NCBI GenBank assembly: GCA_050694175.1
Contig: JBOGXA010000002.1
Location: forward strand, 82,796 to 146,795
Reading direction: 5' to 3'
DNA: 64,000 nucleotides
Source: Actinomycetota bacterium
GTDB lineage: Bacteria > Actinomycetota > CADDZG01 > WHSQ01
The stretch's first letter is position 1; every line of letters starts with the position of its first letter. This document shows, piece by piece, positions 7,717 to 17,264 of this stretch. The notes under the pieces were generated by a model that saw nothing but the letters and a program-made list of their open reading frames with translations, did no database searches and was not told where the DNA came from. The position numbers and the translations under genes were made by a program.

Positions 7717-9057
7717 GTGTTCGACTCTCTCTCGAATCGTCTCGACGACATCTTCACCCGGCTGCGATCCCGCGGCCGGCTCAACGAGAAGCAGGTCGAC
7801 GAGGTCCTGCGGGAGATCCGGCTCGCGCTGCTGGAAGCCGACGTCTCGCTCAAGGTTGTCAAGGCCTTCGTGGCCGACGTGCGCGACCGCGCCGCCGGGG
7901 CAGAGATCCACAAGAGTCTGACCCCGGCGCAGCAGGTCATAAAGATCGTCCACGCTGCGCTGATCGACGTCCTCGGGAAGGAGGTCGTCGGCCTCGAAGC
8001 GTCCCCCCGGCCCCCGCGCGTGCTGCTCATTGCGGGTCTCCAGGGTTCCGGCAAGACGACCGCGGCCGCCAAGCTGGCCCGTCTGTTGAAGTCCGACGGA
8101 CGACGCCCGCTGCTGGCTGCATGCGATCTTCGGCGTCCTGCGGCGATCCGCCAGCTCGAGCTACTGGGAGAGCAGACCGACGTTCCGGTCCACTCACAAA
8201 TGGGCGCTACGGACGCGGTCGTGGTCGCGCGCTCGGCGCGCGACCACGCGATGAACGAGGGCTTCACCGACGTCATCGTCGACACCGCCGGCCGGATGCA
8301 CGTTGATGCCGGCTTGATGGCCGAGCTCGGTGATGTCGCGCGTGCGGTCGTCCCGACCGAGATCCTGCTCGTATGCGACGCGATGACGGGCCAGGACGCG
8401 GTCAACGTCGCCGAGGCGTTCCTCGAAGAGGTCGACGTCACCGGCATCATCCTCACCAAGCTCGACGGTGACGCGCGCGGCGGCGCGGCCCTGTCGATGA
8501 GCTTTGTGACCGAACGGCCGATCAAGTTCGCCGGCGTCGGGGAGAAGCTCACCGACCTCGAATCCTTCCATCCGGATCGGATGGCGTCGCGCATCCTCGG
8601 GATGGGCGACGTGGTGACGCTCATCGAGAAAGCCGAACAAGCCTTCGATGAGGCCGAGGCGAAGGAAATGGAAGAGAAGTTCCGGCGAGCCGAGTTCACG
8701 TTCGACGATTTCCTGAGCCAGCTCCAGGCGCTCAAGAAGATGGGGCCGATGTCGCAGGTCCTGGCCATGCTCCCCGGCATGTCGAAGTTGCCGATAGGAG
8801 ACGCCGAGGTGGAGGGCCAACTCCCCAGGATCGAGGCGATGATCCGGTCGATGACCCTCGAGGAACGAAACAACCCCCACATCATCAAAGGGAGCCGCAG
8901 GCGGCGGATCGCCATGGGCTCGGGGACTCGGATCCAGGACGTGAACCAGCTCGTGAAACAGTTCGATCAGGTCCGCAAGATGGTGAAGGCGATGTCGTCC
9001 GGCAAGGGCATGCGCCTTCCCCGAGGCGTCAGGCTCCCGCCCGGGATGGGCGTCTGA
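7717..9057 (+). CDS. ffh: Signal recognition particle protein Ffh (SRP54)
   Basis: MFDSLSNRLDDIF..., GLQGSGKTTAAAKLA, DTAGR, TKLDGDARGGAALS, and a Met-rich M domain (MLPGMSKL). Confidence 0.95.
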   Translation: MFDSLSNRLDDIFTRLRSRGRLNEKQVDEVLREIRLALLEADVSLKVVKAFVADVRDRAAGAEIHKSLTPAQQVIKIVHAALIDVLGKEVVGLEASPRPPRVLLIAGLQGSGKTTAAAKLARLLKSDGRRPLLAACDLRRPAAIRQLELLGEQTDVPVHSQMGATDAVVVARSARDHAMNEGFTDVIVDTAGRMHVDAGLMAELGDVARAVVPTEILLVCDAMTGQDAVNVAEAFLEEVDVTGIILTKLDGDARGGAALSMSFVTERPIKFAGVGEKLTDLESFHPDRMASRILGMGDVVTLIEKAEQAFDEAEAKEMEEKFRRAEFTFDDFLSQLQALKKMGPMSQVLAMLPGMSKLPIGDAEVEGQLPRIEAMIRSMTLEERNNPHIIKGSRRRRIAMGSGTRIQDVNQLVKQFDQVRKMVKAMSSGKGMRLPRGVRLPPGMGV

Positions 9058-9144
9058 CCTGCTCATCCGCTAAGATGACCGCTCCCGCGCCCCCCTCGGT
9101 GTGCGTCTCATCGCCACGGACCGGTGCCCCGGAAAAGGAGAGGA

Positions 9145-9540
9145 ATGGTAAGGATCAGGTTGATGCGCGTCGGCAAGCGGAAGCAGCCGTCGTACCGCGT
9201 CGTCGTGGCCGATGGCCGCAGTCCTCGCGACGGCCGGATCATCGAAGCCATCGGGCGCTACCAGCCACGCACGGAGCCGTCCGAGGTGGAGATCGACTCA
9301 GATCGAGCCGTCTACTGGCTCAGTCAGGGCGCCCAGCCGTCCACCACCGTACGCAAGCTCCTCGAGATCTCCGGAGCATGGTCGAGCTTCACCGGCGAGG
9401 CGCCTCCCGCACCAGCACCTACCCCGGCGGCCGATGTCGTGCCGACGCCGGCTGCATCGGTGGAGGACGAGGAACCGGCCGGCTCCGAACCCCAGCCCGG
9501 CTCGGAACCCCAGCCCGACGAGGAAGAACCCGACGCGTGA
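9145..9540 (+). CDS. rpsP: 30S ribosomal protein S16 with a Pro/Glu-rich C-terminal tail
   Basis: [23 protein letters not shown] after RBS AAGGAGAGG. The tail contains [12 protein letters not shown]. The start was moved inward from the track's 9124. Confidence 0.93.
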   Translation: MVRIRLMRVGKRKQPSYRVVVADGRSPRDGRIIEAIGRYQPRTEPSEVEIDSDRAVYWLSQGAQPSTTVRKLLEISGAWSSFTGEAPPAPAPTPAADVVPTPAASVEDEEPAGSEPQPGSEPQPDEEEPDA

Positions 9541-9773
9541 GCAGAGAACTGATCGAGTACGTCGCCCCATGGCTGCTCGACTACCCCGACGAGTTGAGGA
9601 TCGACGAGGTCGAGGGGGATCGCGGCGCGACGATTCTCGAGGTCTCGGTTCATCTCGACGACGTCGGCAAGATCATCGGCCGGCGCGGGCGGATCGTCGG
9701 ATCGCTGAGGACCCTCGCCCGCGCGGCCGGCCAGCGAGAGGGCGCAACCGTCCTCCTCGAAGTGGTCGACTGA
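9537..9773 (+). CDS. KH-domain RNA-binding protein (YlqC/UPF0109 family)
   Basis: GTG 9537 overlaps the rpsP stop (GTGA). Sequence ...[23 protein letters not shown], in the conserved slot between rpsP and rimM. Confidence 0.85.
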   Translation: MSRELIEYVAPWLLDYPDELRIDEVEGDRGATILEVSVHLDDVGKIIGRRGRIVGSLRTLARAAGQREGATVLLEVVD

Positions 9774-9782
9774 GGACGGAGC

Positions 9783-10283
9783 GTGGACCGGCCCGGCAAG
9801 CTTCTTGCCGGCCACATAGGTAAGCCCCATGGCGTCTCCGGAGAGGTGTACGTCGTGCGCATTTCCGACGATCCGAAGAGATTCGAGCCGGGTAGAAGGC
9901 TCGAGCACGACGACGGCCGTGAGCTGATGGTCGAAACCGCGCGCCCGCATCGCGACCGCTTCCTTGTGAAGTTCGCCGGCATCGACACGCGCACGGACGC
10001 GGAATCGCTGCGGGGCGAGCTGTACGTGCCGTTCGATGCGGCGCGCACTCTGGAGCAGGACGAGTTCTGGCCCCATCAGTTGATCGGATGCGAGGTCGCG
10101 ACTCCGTCGGGTGAGCGGATCGGGACCATCACCGGAGTACAGCCGGGCCCCGCGCACGACATTCTGGTCGTCGACACTCCTGGGGGCGAACGGCTGGTCC
10201 CGACGGTGAAAGCGATCGTGACCTCGGTGGACATCGATGCTCGAATGATCACTGTCGACGCCCCCGCAGGGTTGCTCGATTGA
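9783..10283 (+). CDS. rimM: 16S rRNA processing protein RimM
   Basis: GHIGKPHGVSGEVYV... and a PRC-barrel C-terminus, with rpsP-rimM-trmD gene order. Confidence 0.9.
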   Translation: MDRPGKLLAGHIGKPHGVSGEVYVVRISDDPKRFEPGRRLEHDDGRELMVETARPHRDRFLVKFAGIDTRTDAESLRGELYVPFDAARTLEQDEFWPHQLIGCEVATPSGERIGTITGVQPGPAHDILVVDTPGGERLVPTVKAIVTSVDIDARMITVDAPAGLLD

Positions 10284-10284
10284 C

Positions 10285-10956
10285 ATGCGAATCGACGTCA
10301 TAACCCTGTTCCCGGCCCTGTTCGTGGAGCCGTTGCGGACCAGTCTTCTCGGCAAGGCCGTTCAAGGGGGTCTGCTCGACGTGCGGGTTCACGACCTGCG
10401 CGCACACGGCCTCGGAACCCACAAAAGCGTGGACGACGAACCATACGGAGGGGGAGCCGGCATGGTGATGCGCCCGGAGCCGATATTCGACGCGGTCGAC
10501 GCGGTGCGCACCGATGCCACCCGCGTCATGCTGCTGTCCCCGCGCGGCGCGCGGCTTGATCAGGACCACGTTGCGCGCCTGGCGGGCCACCAGCACATCG
10601 TGCTCATCTGCGGGCGTTACGAAGGCGTCGACGAGCGAGTCGCCGAACACCTCGCCGACGAGGAGCTGTCGATCGGCGACTACGTCCTGGCCGGAGGAGA
10701 GCTGGCCGCGCTGGTGGTGATCGAGACCGTTTCGCGTCTGGTGCCCGAGGTGGTCGGCAACGCCGAGTCCGTGATCTCGGAATCGCACACGTCGGGCGGA
10801 TTGGAGTACCCGCATTACACGCGCCCGCCCGAGTTCCGGGGCTGGCGGGTTCCGGAAGTGCTCCTGTCGGGCGACCACGGCGCGATCGAACGGTGGCGAG
10901 CGGAGCGAGCCCGCGAATTGACTCAGACCCGCCGGCCCGATCTCGCAGATCGTTAG
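10285..10956 (+). CDS. trmD: tRNA (guanine37-N1)-methyltransferase TrmD
   Basis: MRIDVITLFPALF..., DDEPYGGGAGMVM, SIGDYVLAGGELAALV. Confidence 0.95.
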   Translation: MRIDVITLFPALFVEPLRTSLLGKAVQGGLLDVRVHDLRAHGLGTHKSVDDEPYGGGAGMVMRPEPIFDAVDAVRTDATRVMLLSPRGARLDQDHVARLAGHQHIVLICGRYEGVDERVAEHLADEELSIGDYVLAGGELAALVVIETVSRLVPEVVGNAESVISESHTSGGLEYPHYTRPPEFRGWRVPEVLLSGDHGAIERWRAERARELTQTRRPDLADR

Positions 10957-11073
10957 TTGGGACCACACTCCATCTACGTAATGGACGCAAGGGCCTAGTC
11001 ATCCACAGGCGGACGCCGTAGCTTGAGGCCGGTAGCAGTAGGCGTCGGTCGGTTGGCTTTCGAGGGAGGTTCC

Positions 11074-11634
11074 GTGGAGCTTTATGAGTCTTCCCGGCGC
11101 GAGACGCGCCGGACGTGGGCGCTCGCGCTCGTTTTTGTAGCAGCGATCTTTGTCGCGGGTGCACCGGTGGTGCAGGCCGCGGCCCAGGCGGTAAGGGTCA
11201 CCAACACACCCAGCGTCAAGATCAAGGACACCAGCAACGGCCGGATCAACTCGCAGAACATCGGAAAGCTCGGCCTCTTCGACGCCCCGGGAAGCAACGG
11301 CGCAGTCGATGTTCGCACCTTCGGCGGTGGCGGCGGGTTGCTGGCCGCGGGTGACTGCCACGCCGGGTCGCCGCGACCGGCGACGGCGACAATCCCCGCG
11401 AGCAACAGCACAGTCATCACCGCGCTGATCATTACCGGCACGGACGCAACGGTGCAGGTCGATGCGCCGGAGCTCGACCCGGCCATCGGGCCCAACCCGG
11501 TTGTTCAGTTCCGGGTCGACGCGGGGACCCCGCAAACATTCGTCGGCCTCGGAAACGGCCTGACGGTGACACCGTCGAGCCTTGTGTTCACGTGTGTGGG
11601 TACGAACGGTGAGTTCGCGGTCCTGGGCCAGTAG
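11074..11634 (+). CDS. Secreted hypothetical protein (186 aa)
   Basis: GTG 11074 follows GAGGGAGG. The signal-peptide-like N-terminus is RRTWALALVFVAAIFVAGAPVVQAAAQA. I recognise no family. Confidence 0.55.
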   Translation: MELYESSRRETRRTWALALVFVAAIFVAGAPVVQAAAQAVRVTNTPSVKIKDTSNGRINSQNIGKLGLFDAPGSNGAVDVRTFGGGGGLLAAGDCHAGSPRPATATIPASNSTVITALIITGTDATVQVDAPELDPAIGPNPVVQFRVDAGTPQTFVGLGNGLTVTPSSLVFTCVGTNGEFAVLGQ

Positions 11635-11658
11635 ATCCCGGACCACGTGACCATCAGT

Positions 11659-11700
11659 GGGGCGCCCCTCGGGGCGCCCCATGTTTCGTTGCAGTTTGTT
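11659..11700 (+). terminator. Intrinsic terminator candidate
   Basis: GGGGCGCC-CCTCGG-GGCGCCCC hairpin (11659-11680) followed by the T-rich ATGTTTCGTTGCAGTTTGTT, 25 nt after the stop at 11634. Confidence 0.55.
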
Positions 11701-11736
11701 TAGAGTCCGGCGTCAACCAGCGAAATCGGGAGTGCT

Positions 11737-12882
11737 GTGACCGCAGCGGGAGGGGGGAGAGGCGCTCGAGCCGGTCGGGCCGGCTTGGGCCTGTTTGCCC
11801 TTGCGCTCTTTGCGGCCGCGCTCGGAGCTACGTGGCACTTCCTGCAAGGCGGCTTCCGGTCGGGAATGGCGGTCGAGGCGGTGTTCTCGGATCCCGGAGC
11901 CGGGCAGCAGCTCCCCGTCAACGGCGACGTCAAGATCCGCGGGGTACTGGTCGGCGTCATCTCCGACATCCGGCTCGACGGCGACGGCAACGCGATCGTG
12001 GAGCTGAGCCTCGACGGCGATCTCGACCTCCCCGAGACGACGCGGGCCGAGATCCGGTCCAAGACCATTTTCGGTCAGAAGTGGGTCGAGCTGATCCCAC
12101 CGGCCGACACCTCCGGTGCCGCCCTTGCGGCCGGAAGCACCATCCCGGACTCGCAGACGAAGGAACCGCTGGAGCTCGAACGCGCGCTGCAGCTCGGGCA
12201 CGATCTGCTGACCGAGCTGCCGCTGAGGGACCTCTCGGTCGTGTTTCGGGAGCTGGCCGACGGGTTCTCGGGGCACGAGCGGGCCGCCCGGCAAGCGATC
12301 GATCGGGGCCTGGTGACGCTCGAAGGGGTGAACAGCCGCGCGGCAGAACTCGACGAGGCGCTCGGCCAGCTCGCCGAGTTCTCGGCGTTTCTCGATGACA
12401 ACGACGACGACCTGCTGTCGTTCATGGAGTCGCTGGATTCGGCCAACCGCGCACTGGTCGGTGCTGCGCCCGAGCTGCGATCGAATCTCGACTCGGTGCC
12501 GGTGTTCCTCACCGAGCTCGCCTCTTTCCAGGAACGGACCGAGGACGATCTCGGCGCCCTCATAGAGGGTGGCGCCGATCTCGCGGAGATCCTCGCGGCC
12601 CGCGACGACCAGCTCGTCGATCTCGTCGTTCAGCTCGAAGCGTTCCTCACCGTATGGAACTCGGGGCTGCGGCAACCGTGCGCGGGTGAATACGAGGTCG
12701 ACATGACCTGCTGGCAGGTCTACGTGGTGCCCGGGACCGAGTCGCGAGGGCTCTACGGGCGAGGTGGGGGGCCCGATCGCGACGAGCCCGGCGATCCCAA
12801 CGCGGGGGCTCCCGTCGACCGGCAAATCACCGCCAGGGAGATCCGTTCGATCCTGTCCACGATCATCGAGGGTCGCCGATGA
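11737..12882 (+). CDS. Mce/MlaD-family protein (1 of 6)
   Basis: N-terminal TM then an MlaD domain (AVFSDPGAGQQLPVNGDVKIRGVLVGVISDIRL...AEIRSKTIFGQKWVELIP). The long helical C-terminal region is typical of actinobacterial Mce proteins. Confidence 0.85.
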   Translation: MTAAGGGRGARAGRAGLGLFALALFAAALGATWHFLQGGFRSGMAVEAVFSDPGAGQQLPVNGDVKIRGVLVGVISDIRLDGDGNAIVELSLDGDLDLPETTRAEIRSKTIFGQKWVELIPPADTSGAALAAGSTIPDSQTKEPLELERALQLGHDLLTELPLRDLSVVFRELADGFSGHERAARQAIDRGLVTLEGVNSRAAELDEALGQLAEFSAFLDDNDDDLLSFMESLDSANRALVGAAPELRSNLDSVPVFLTELASFQERTEDDLGALIEGGADLAEILAARDDQLVDLVVQLEAFLTVWNSGLRQPCAGEYEVDMTCWQVYVVPGTESRGLYGRGGGPDRDEPGDPNAGAPVDRQITAREIRSILSTIIEGRR

Positions 12883-13871
12883 CCGGGGGCCTGCGGTGGA
12901 TGGCCCTCAAGCTGGCGGTCTTCACCGCGGTCACGATCGCCGTCACGACCTGGCTGGCGGCGATCATCGGCAACTTCCAGTTCTTCTCCCAGCCCTATCA
13001 GGTCAGGGCCGAGTTCACCGACGCGACCGGATTGCTGTCCGGGGACGTGGTAAAGGCGGCCGGCGTCTCGGTGGGGCGCGTCGACGAGATCGAGGTGGAC
13101 GACGGCATCGCGGTGGTGACGATGTCGATCGACGACGACGCCGAGCTGCCGGGGGACCTCGGGGCAGAAATCCGCTTCCGCAACCTGATCGGTCAGCGGA
13201 TGGTCAATCTTGTCGATGACGACTCTCAGACCACGGCCCTGTTGCGCGATGGCGACCTCATCCCACTCGAGCGAACAGAGGCCGCGTTCGATCTAACCGA
13301 GCTGTTCAACGGCCTCAGGCCGCTCATCCGATCGACAAGCCCGGACGACATCAACACCGTTGCACGCGAACTGACAATTGCCCTCCAGGGCCGGAGCGAT
13401 GAAACGGCGACGATCCTGTCCAACCTCTCCGAGATCTCCGACCTGGTGGTCGATCGTGACGAGGAGCTCCAGGTGCTGCTCGACAACCTCAACCTTGTGA
13501 CGTCGGACCTTGCGGCAAGAGACTCACAGCTCGGGAACACGCTTGCCGACATGAGCGACTTCCTCGCGCAGATGCAAGCCAACCGCGCGGCTTTAGATGC
13601 GGCGATCGTCAACTTCGATGCTGCGGCCGTGCGCCTGAAGCGCATCATCGCCGCGAACGATAGCGACATCCGCGCCGAGCTGGACGACCTCCAGGTGATC
13701 CTCGACGCGGTGGAGGACAAGAGGGGGGATCTCAGGGCGGTCGTAAGGAGCCTGCCGGAATTCGCCGTGTCGATCGAGCGCGTTACGTCTTACGGCGAGT
13801 GGGCGAACCAACACCTCATCGACGTCTGCAAAGACGACTTCGGGACGTGCGGAACGCGAGGCACGCCGTGA
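12879..13871 (+). CDS. Mce/MlaD-family protein (2 of 6)
   Basis: ATGA overlap with the previous gene. TM plus YQVRAEFTDATGLLSGDVVKAAGVSVGRVDEIEV...IRFRNLIGQRMVNL. Confidence 0.85.
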   Translation: MTGGLRWMALKLAVFTAVTIAVTTWLAAIIGNFQFFSQPYQVRAEFTDATGLLSGDVVKAAGVSVGRVDEIEVDDGIAVVTMSIDDDAELPGDLGAEIRFRNLIGQRMVNLVDDDSQTTALLRDGDLIPLERTEAAFDLTELFNGLRPLIRSTSPDDINTVARELTIALQGRSDETATILSNLSEISDLVVDRDEELQVLLDNLNLVTSDLAARDSQLGNTLADMSDFLAQMQANRAALDAAIVNFDAAAVRLKRIIAANDSDIRAELDDLQVILDAVEDKRGDLRAVVRSLPEFAVSIERVTSYGEWANQHLIDVCKDDFGTCGTRGTP

Positions 13872-14959
13872 AGTCCTTCAGGGAACGCCGTCCGTGGCTC
13901 GTCGGGATCGCTTCGATGGCTTTACTGGCGGCAACAGTTGCGTTTGCCTTCTCGATCAACAGGTTCGAGTTCCTGCGCGGCGTCTACACGATCAAGGCAG
14001 ATTTGAGGGACGCCGCAGGTTTGCAGCCCGGCAATGAGGTGCGAGTGGCCGGAGTAAAGGTCGGAAAGGTAACTCGCATCGAACTGACTCCGCACGCGGC
14101 TCGCATCTCACTGGAGATCGAGCGTGACGTCCGCCTCCCGGTAGAGACACGGGTAGAGGTGAAACTGCGCACGATCCTCGGGCAGAAGTTCATCGATCTC
14201 CAGATGCCGTCGAGCTTCCTCAGCGCGGCCTCGGACGGGGGCGATCCGCGAGCCGTCACGCGCGGCTATCTCGACGCTGGGGACGTCATCCCCAAGTCGC
14301 AGACGACGATTCCCTACGAGGTCTACCAGGCCGCAACGCAGGGGACCGAGACCCTCGAGGCCATCGATAAGGAAGCGCTTCGGAGATTGCTGCGGGTACT
14401 GGGAACAACGGTTGGGAGATCGCGCGAGGAACTGCGAGACGTACTGGTTGACGTCGACGCGGCGACCGGTGTCCTTGCCGACAAGGGCCCCGAGATCGCC
14501 ACCCTGCTCAGAAACGCCCGGCGGCTCACGTCCACACTCGCTGAATCGGACTCCGACATCGACTCGATCCTCGGAGACGCCGCCGATGTCTTCGGGACGC
14601 TCGCGGAGCGACGGAGCACGATTTCCACGCTGCTCGCGTCGACGCAGGCACTGGCCGACGACCTGGGACTGTTGATTCAGTCATCACGCGGCACGATCGA
14701 TATCGCTGTAGCCGACCTGAAGGGCGTGCTGATAACGGCAGAGGCGGAACTGGAAACGATAGAGAGGTCCCTGGAAGAGCTCGCCGTTGCGCAACGCATG
14801 TTCGGAACGCCCGGTAAGTTCGGCCGCTTCATCGAAGGGCACGCGTGCGCCGTTACGAGTGAGGACACGTGCGTACCCGAGGGGAGCCCCGAGGAACCCG
14901 GCATCCCGGTGGAGGGCCAGCAACCACAGTCCGAGCGCCTGGCGAGGGGTCAACGGTGA
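13868..14959 (+). CDS. Mce/MlaD-family protein (3 of 6)
   Basis: GTGA overlap. TM plus YTIKADLRDAAGLQPGNEVRVAGVKVGKVTRIEL...VKLRTILGQKFIDL. The start was moved from the track's 13799. Confidence 0.85.
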   Translation: MKSFRERRPWLVGIASMALLAATVAFAFSINRFEFLRGVYTIKADLRDAAGLQPGNEVRVAGVKVGKVTRIELTPHAARISLEIERDVRLPVETRVEVKLRTILGQKFIDLQMPSSFLSAASDGGDPRAVTRGYLDAGDVIPKSQTTIPYEVYQAATQGTETLEAIDKEALRRLLRVLGTTVGRSREELRDVLVDVDAATGVLADKGPEIATLLRNARRLTSTLAESDSDIDSILGDAADVFGTLAERRSTISTLLASTQALADDLGLLIQSSRGTIDIAVADLKGVLITAEAELETIERSLEELAVAQRMFGTPGKFGRFIEGHACAVTSEDTCVPEGSPEEPGIPVEGQQPQSERLARGQR

Positions 14960-16254
14960 CGCGACGCATTGTGTCCCTCGTAGTGGTGGCGGCGCTGGTC
15001 GCAGGCGGGATCTTCGCCTGGCGAGCGGTCCGGCCCGAGCCGGAGACGTACGCGCTGACGGCCGATGTCGCCCAAGCTCCCAATCTCTTCGAGGCCGGCC
15101 GGGTCATGGTGCGCGGCGTCGAGGTCGGTCGCATCGCGTCGGTCGAGCCGCGGGCGGATGGGGTCCGCATCACGTTGGAGATCGACGCCGACACCAAGAT
15201 TCCGTCGGGGGCGCGGCTGACCGTCGTGCCGATCACGGTGATCGCGGATCGCTACGTGCAGTTGTCGCCGCCCTATTCTGGCGGTGCTGCTCTGGCCGAC
15301 GGCGATCACATCCCGATCGATCGGACCCAGATCCCGGCCGAGCTTGACGACGTCCTCACTCAGCTCGAAGGGTTGCTCAACGCACTGGAGCGAAGGCCTG
15401 GGGAGAGACGCGGGCCGCTGTTCCGGTTGATTCGGAACCTCGATGCCGTGACGAGGGGCCGGTCCGACGAACTCGCCGGCGCCCTCGAGGGATCCGCGGA
15501 CGTGCTCGGGAACCTGGCGCAATCCGAAACCGACATCAGTGGGCTCATACGCAATCTCGACCGGCTGTTCGTTGCGCTTGCCGACAGATCGAGCGAGATC
15601 GGGTTGCTGAACGAACGTCTCGCGCTGGTCGCAGAGTCGCTGCAAGGGGATCAAGAAGACCTCGAGGCGACCATCGAGAACCTCAGCTTCCTCGCCGGCG
15701 AGGGGGAGCGGCTCGTCGCCGACAGCGGTGACGAGCTGGGAGAGGATTTCGGGCGGCTGGAGCGCGTTCTGAACGGAATCCTTCGCAACCAGGACGACCT
15801 CATGGAGGTCGTCCGCTGGACCAACGTCATAGCTCAGAGCCTCGGCGCGGTTGCCCCAAGCGGTCGCGGACTCTTCGCCTATTCGGGCCGGCAGTCGGAG
15901 CCGGGCGCGCCGGGGGCCGAGTACAACTATCGCATCGAGACGCGTGACACCGTCGGGTGCGAACGCATCGACAAGATTTCGCAAGCGCTACTGCAGTTGA
16001 ATCCAAACGCGAACGTCGAACAGCTTCGCGAATCTGTACTGCAACGCATCGCCGACTCGTACCAGGACGATCTGTCGTATCTCATCGAGGCGTTGGTGGT
16101 TCTCTGCGTCGAGTTCCCCGGCGCACGGCAATTGGACGTGAGGACCCAAAAAGTGATACAAGACGTGGCCGCCGAAATCGGGGAGGAGCAGCTCGAAGAG
16201 CTGCTGGTTCACTGGCTCATCGAGGGCTACCGGGCGGAGGGCGCAGGGCCATGA
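14956..16254 (+). CDS. Mce/MlaD-family protein (4 of 6)
   Basis: GTGA overlap. TM plus YALTADVAQAPNLFEAGRVMVRGVEVGRIASVE...VVPITVIADRYVQL. The start was moved from the track's 14869. Confidence 0.85.
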   Translation: MTRRIVSLVVVAALVAGGIFAWRAVRPEPETYALTADVAQAPNLFEAGRVMVRGVEVGRIASVEPRADGVRITLEIDADTKIPSGARLTVVPITVIADRYVQLSPPYSGGAALADGDHIPIDRTQIPAELDDVLTQLEGLLNALERRPGERRGPLFRLIRNLDAVTRGRSDELAGALEGSADVLGNLAQSETDISGLIRNLDRLFVALADRSSEIGLLNERLALVAESLQGDQEDLEATIENLSFLAGEGERLVADSGDELGEDFGRLERVLNGILRNQDDLMEVVRWTNVIAQSLGAVAPSGRGLFAYSGRQSEPGAPGAEYNYRIETRDTVGCERIDKISQALLQLNPNANVEQLRESVLQRIADSYQDDLSYLIEALVVLCVEFPGARQLDVRTQKVIQDVAAEIGEEQLEELLVHWLIEGYRAEGAGP

Positions 16255-17264
16255 GAACACGCCTTGCGCTTGCGGTAGCGATACTTGCACTCGCCGGAGG
16301 GTCGTGCTTCCCCTTCGGTGCGGGCGACGAGCATCGCCTGGTTGCGTATTTCGAAGACGTCGGCGACCTCGTCGCGCGGGCTACCGTTCAGGTGAACGAC
16401 GTGGAGATAGGGACGGTGACGGACATCGACTTAGTGGTCGAAGACGACGACATGCTCGCGCGCGTCACGATGGATGTCGACTCCGAGCGCCGCATCCCCG
16501 GCGAGAACCTGCGCGCCGTGATCCGGCAGACGTCCCTGCTCGGCGAGCAGTTCGTGGAACTCATACCCGAAGGAGACGGGGGGCCCGTCGTCGGTGAGCG
16601 CGACTTCACAATCCCCGTCGCGCGCACCGATCGGCGCGTCGACGTCGAGACGTTCCTTGCCGACCTGTCGGCGCTGATCGGAAACGGCGGGTTGGAGGAC
16701 CTGAACCGGTTCACTCACGCCCAGGCGATCATCCTCGAAAACCGGGGAGAGCGATTCGGGCGCACCCTCGAGGAGCTCGAGAAGTTCACCTCGGTCCTCG
16801 CCGGCCGCAGCGCAGATGTCGAAGCGGCGATAGACAGCCTCGCGTCGACGAGCACGACGCTCGCGGCAAACCGGCAGACGATCGACGAGTTCCTCGACTC
16901 CCTCGAAGACGCCAACGAGATCCTCGCCGATCAGGGCGACGAGTTGGGAGCCCTGTTCCGGGGGCTCGACCGGTTCGGTGCGGTCAACGCGCGCTTCCTC
17001 GGACGGCACGAGTCGGCGATCCGCAGGCAATTCAGGGCGCTCCGGCCCGTTCTGGATGGACTTGCTGGTGCGGACGAGGAGCTGCGCGCGGACATCACCA
17101 AGCTGCGGACCTTCCTCGAGCTGTTCCCCCGCAGCCTCGGGGGCGGGCCGGGAGATGCGGGAGCAGGCGACTACATCCAGGTCGAGGCGATCTTCTGTGA
17201 AGTACTGGAGGCATGCCACACGAAGGGCGAACGGGGCGACGTGCCGGGGCAGGGATCGCCGTGA
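16251..17264 (+). CDS. Mce/MlaD-family lipoprotein (5 of 6, MceE-like)
   Basis: ATGA overlap. MRTRLALAVAILALAGGSC is a lipobox-like signal. Then LVAYFEDVGDLVARATVQVNDVEIGTVTDIDL...IRQTSLLGEQFVEL. Confidence 0.85.
   Translation: MRTRLALAVAILALAGGSCFPFGAGDEHRLVAYFEDVGDLVARATVQVNDVEIGTVTDIDLVVEDDDMLARVTMDVDSERRIPGENLRAVIRQTSLLGEQFVELIPEGDGGPVVGERDFTIPVARTDRRVDVETFLADLSALIGNGGLEDLNRFTHAQAIILENRGERFGRTLEELEKFTSVLAGRSADVEAAIDSLASTSTTLAANRQTIDEFLDSLEDANEILADQGDELGALFRGLDRFGAVNARFLGRHESAIRRQFRALRPVLDGLAGADEELRADITKLRTFLELFPRSLGGGPGDAGAGDYIQVEAIFCEVLEACHTKGERGDVPGQGSP

Noticed and set aside
16198-16382. In my reading of the printed sequence, there is an apparent extra G at about 16201 and a missing G at about 16380 relative to the translations in the ORF track.
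   Set aside because: Three independent track ORFs agree with each other, and coordinates on both sides are consistent. This is most likely my own misreading of the text. Track-derived coordinates were used for the mce genes.
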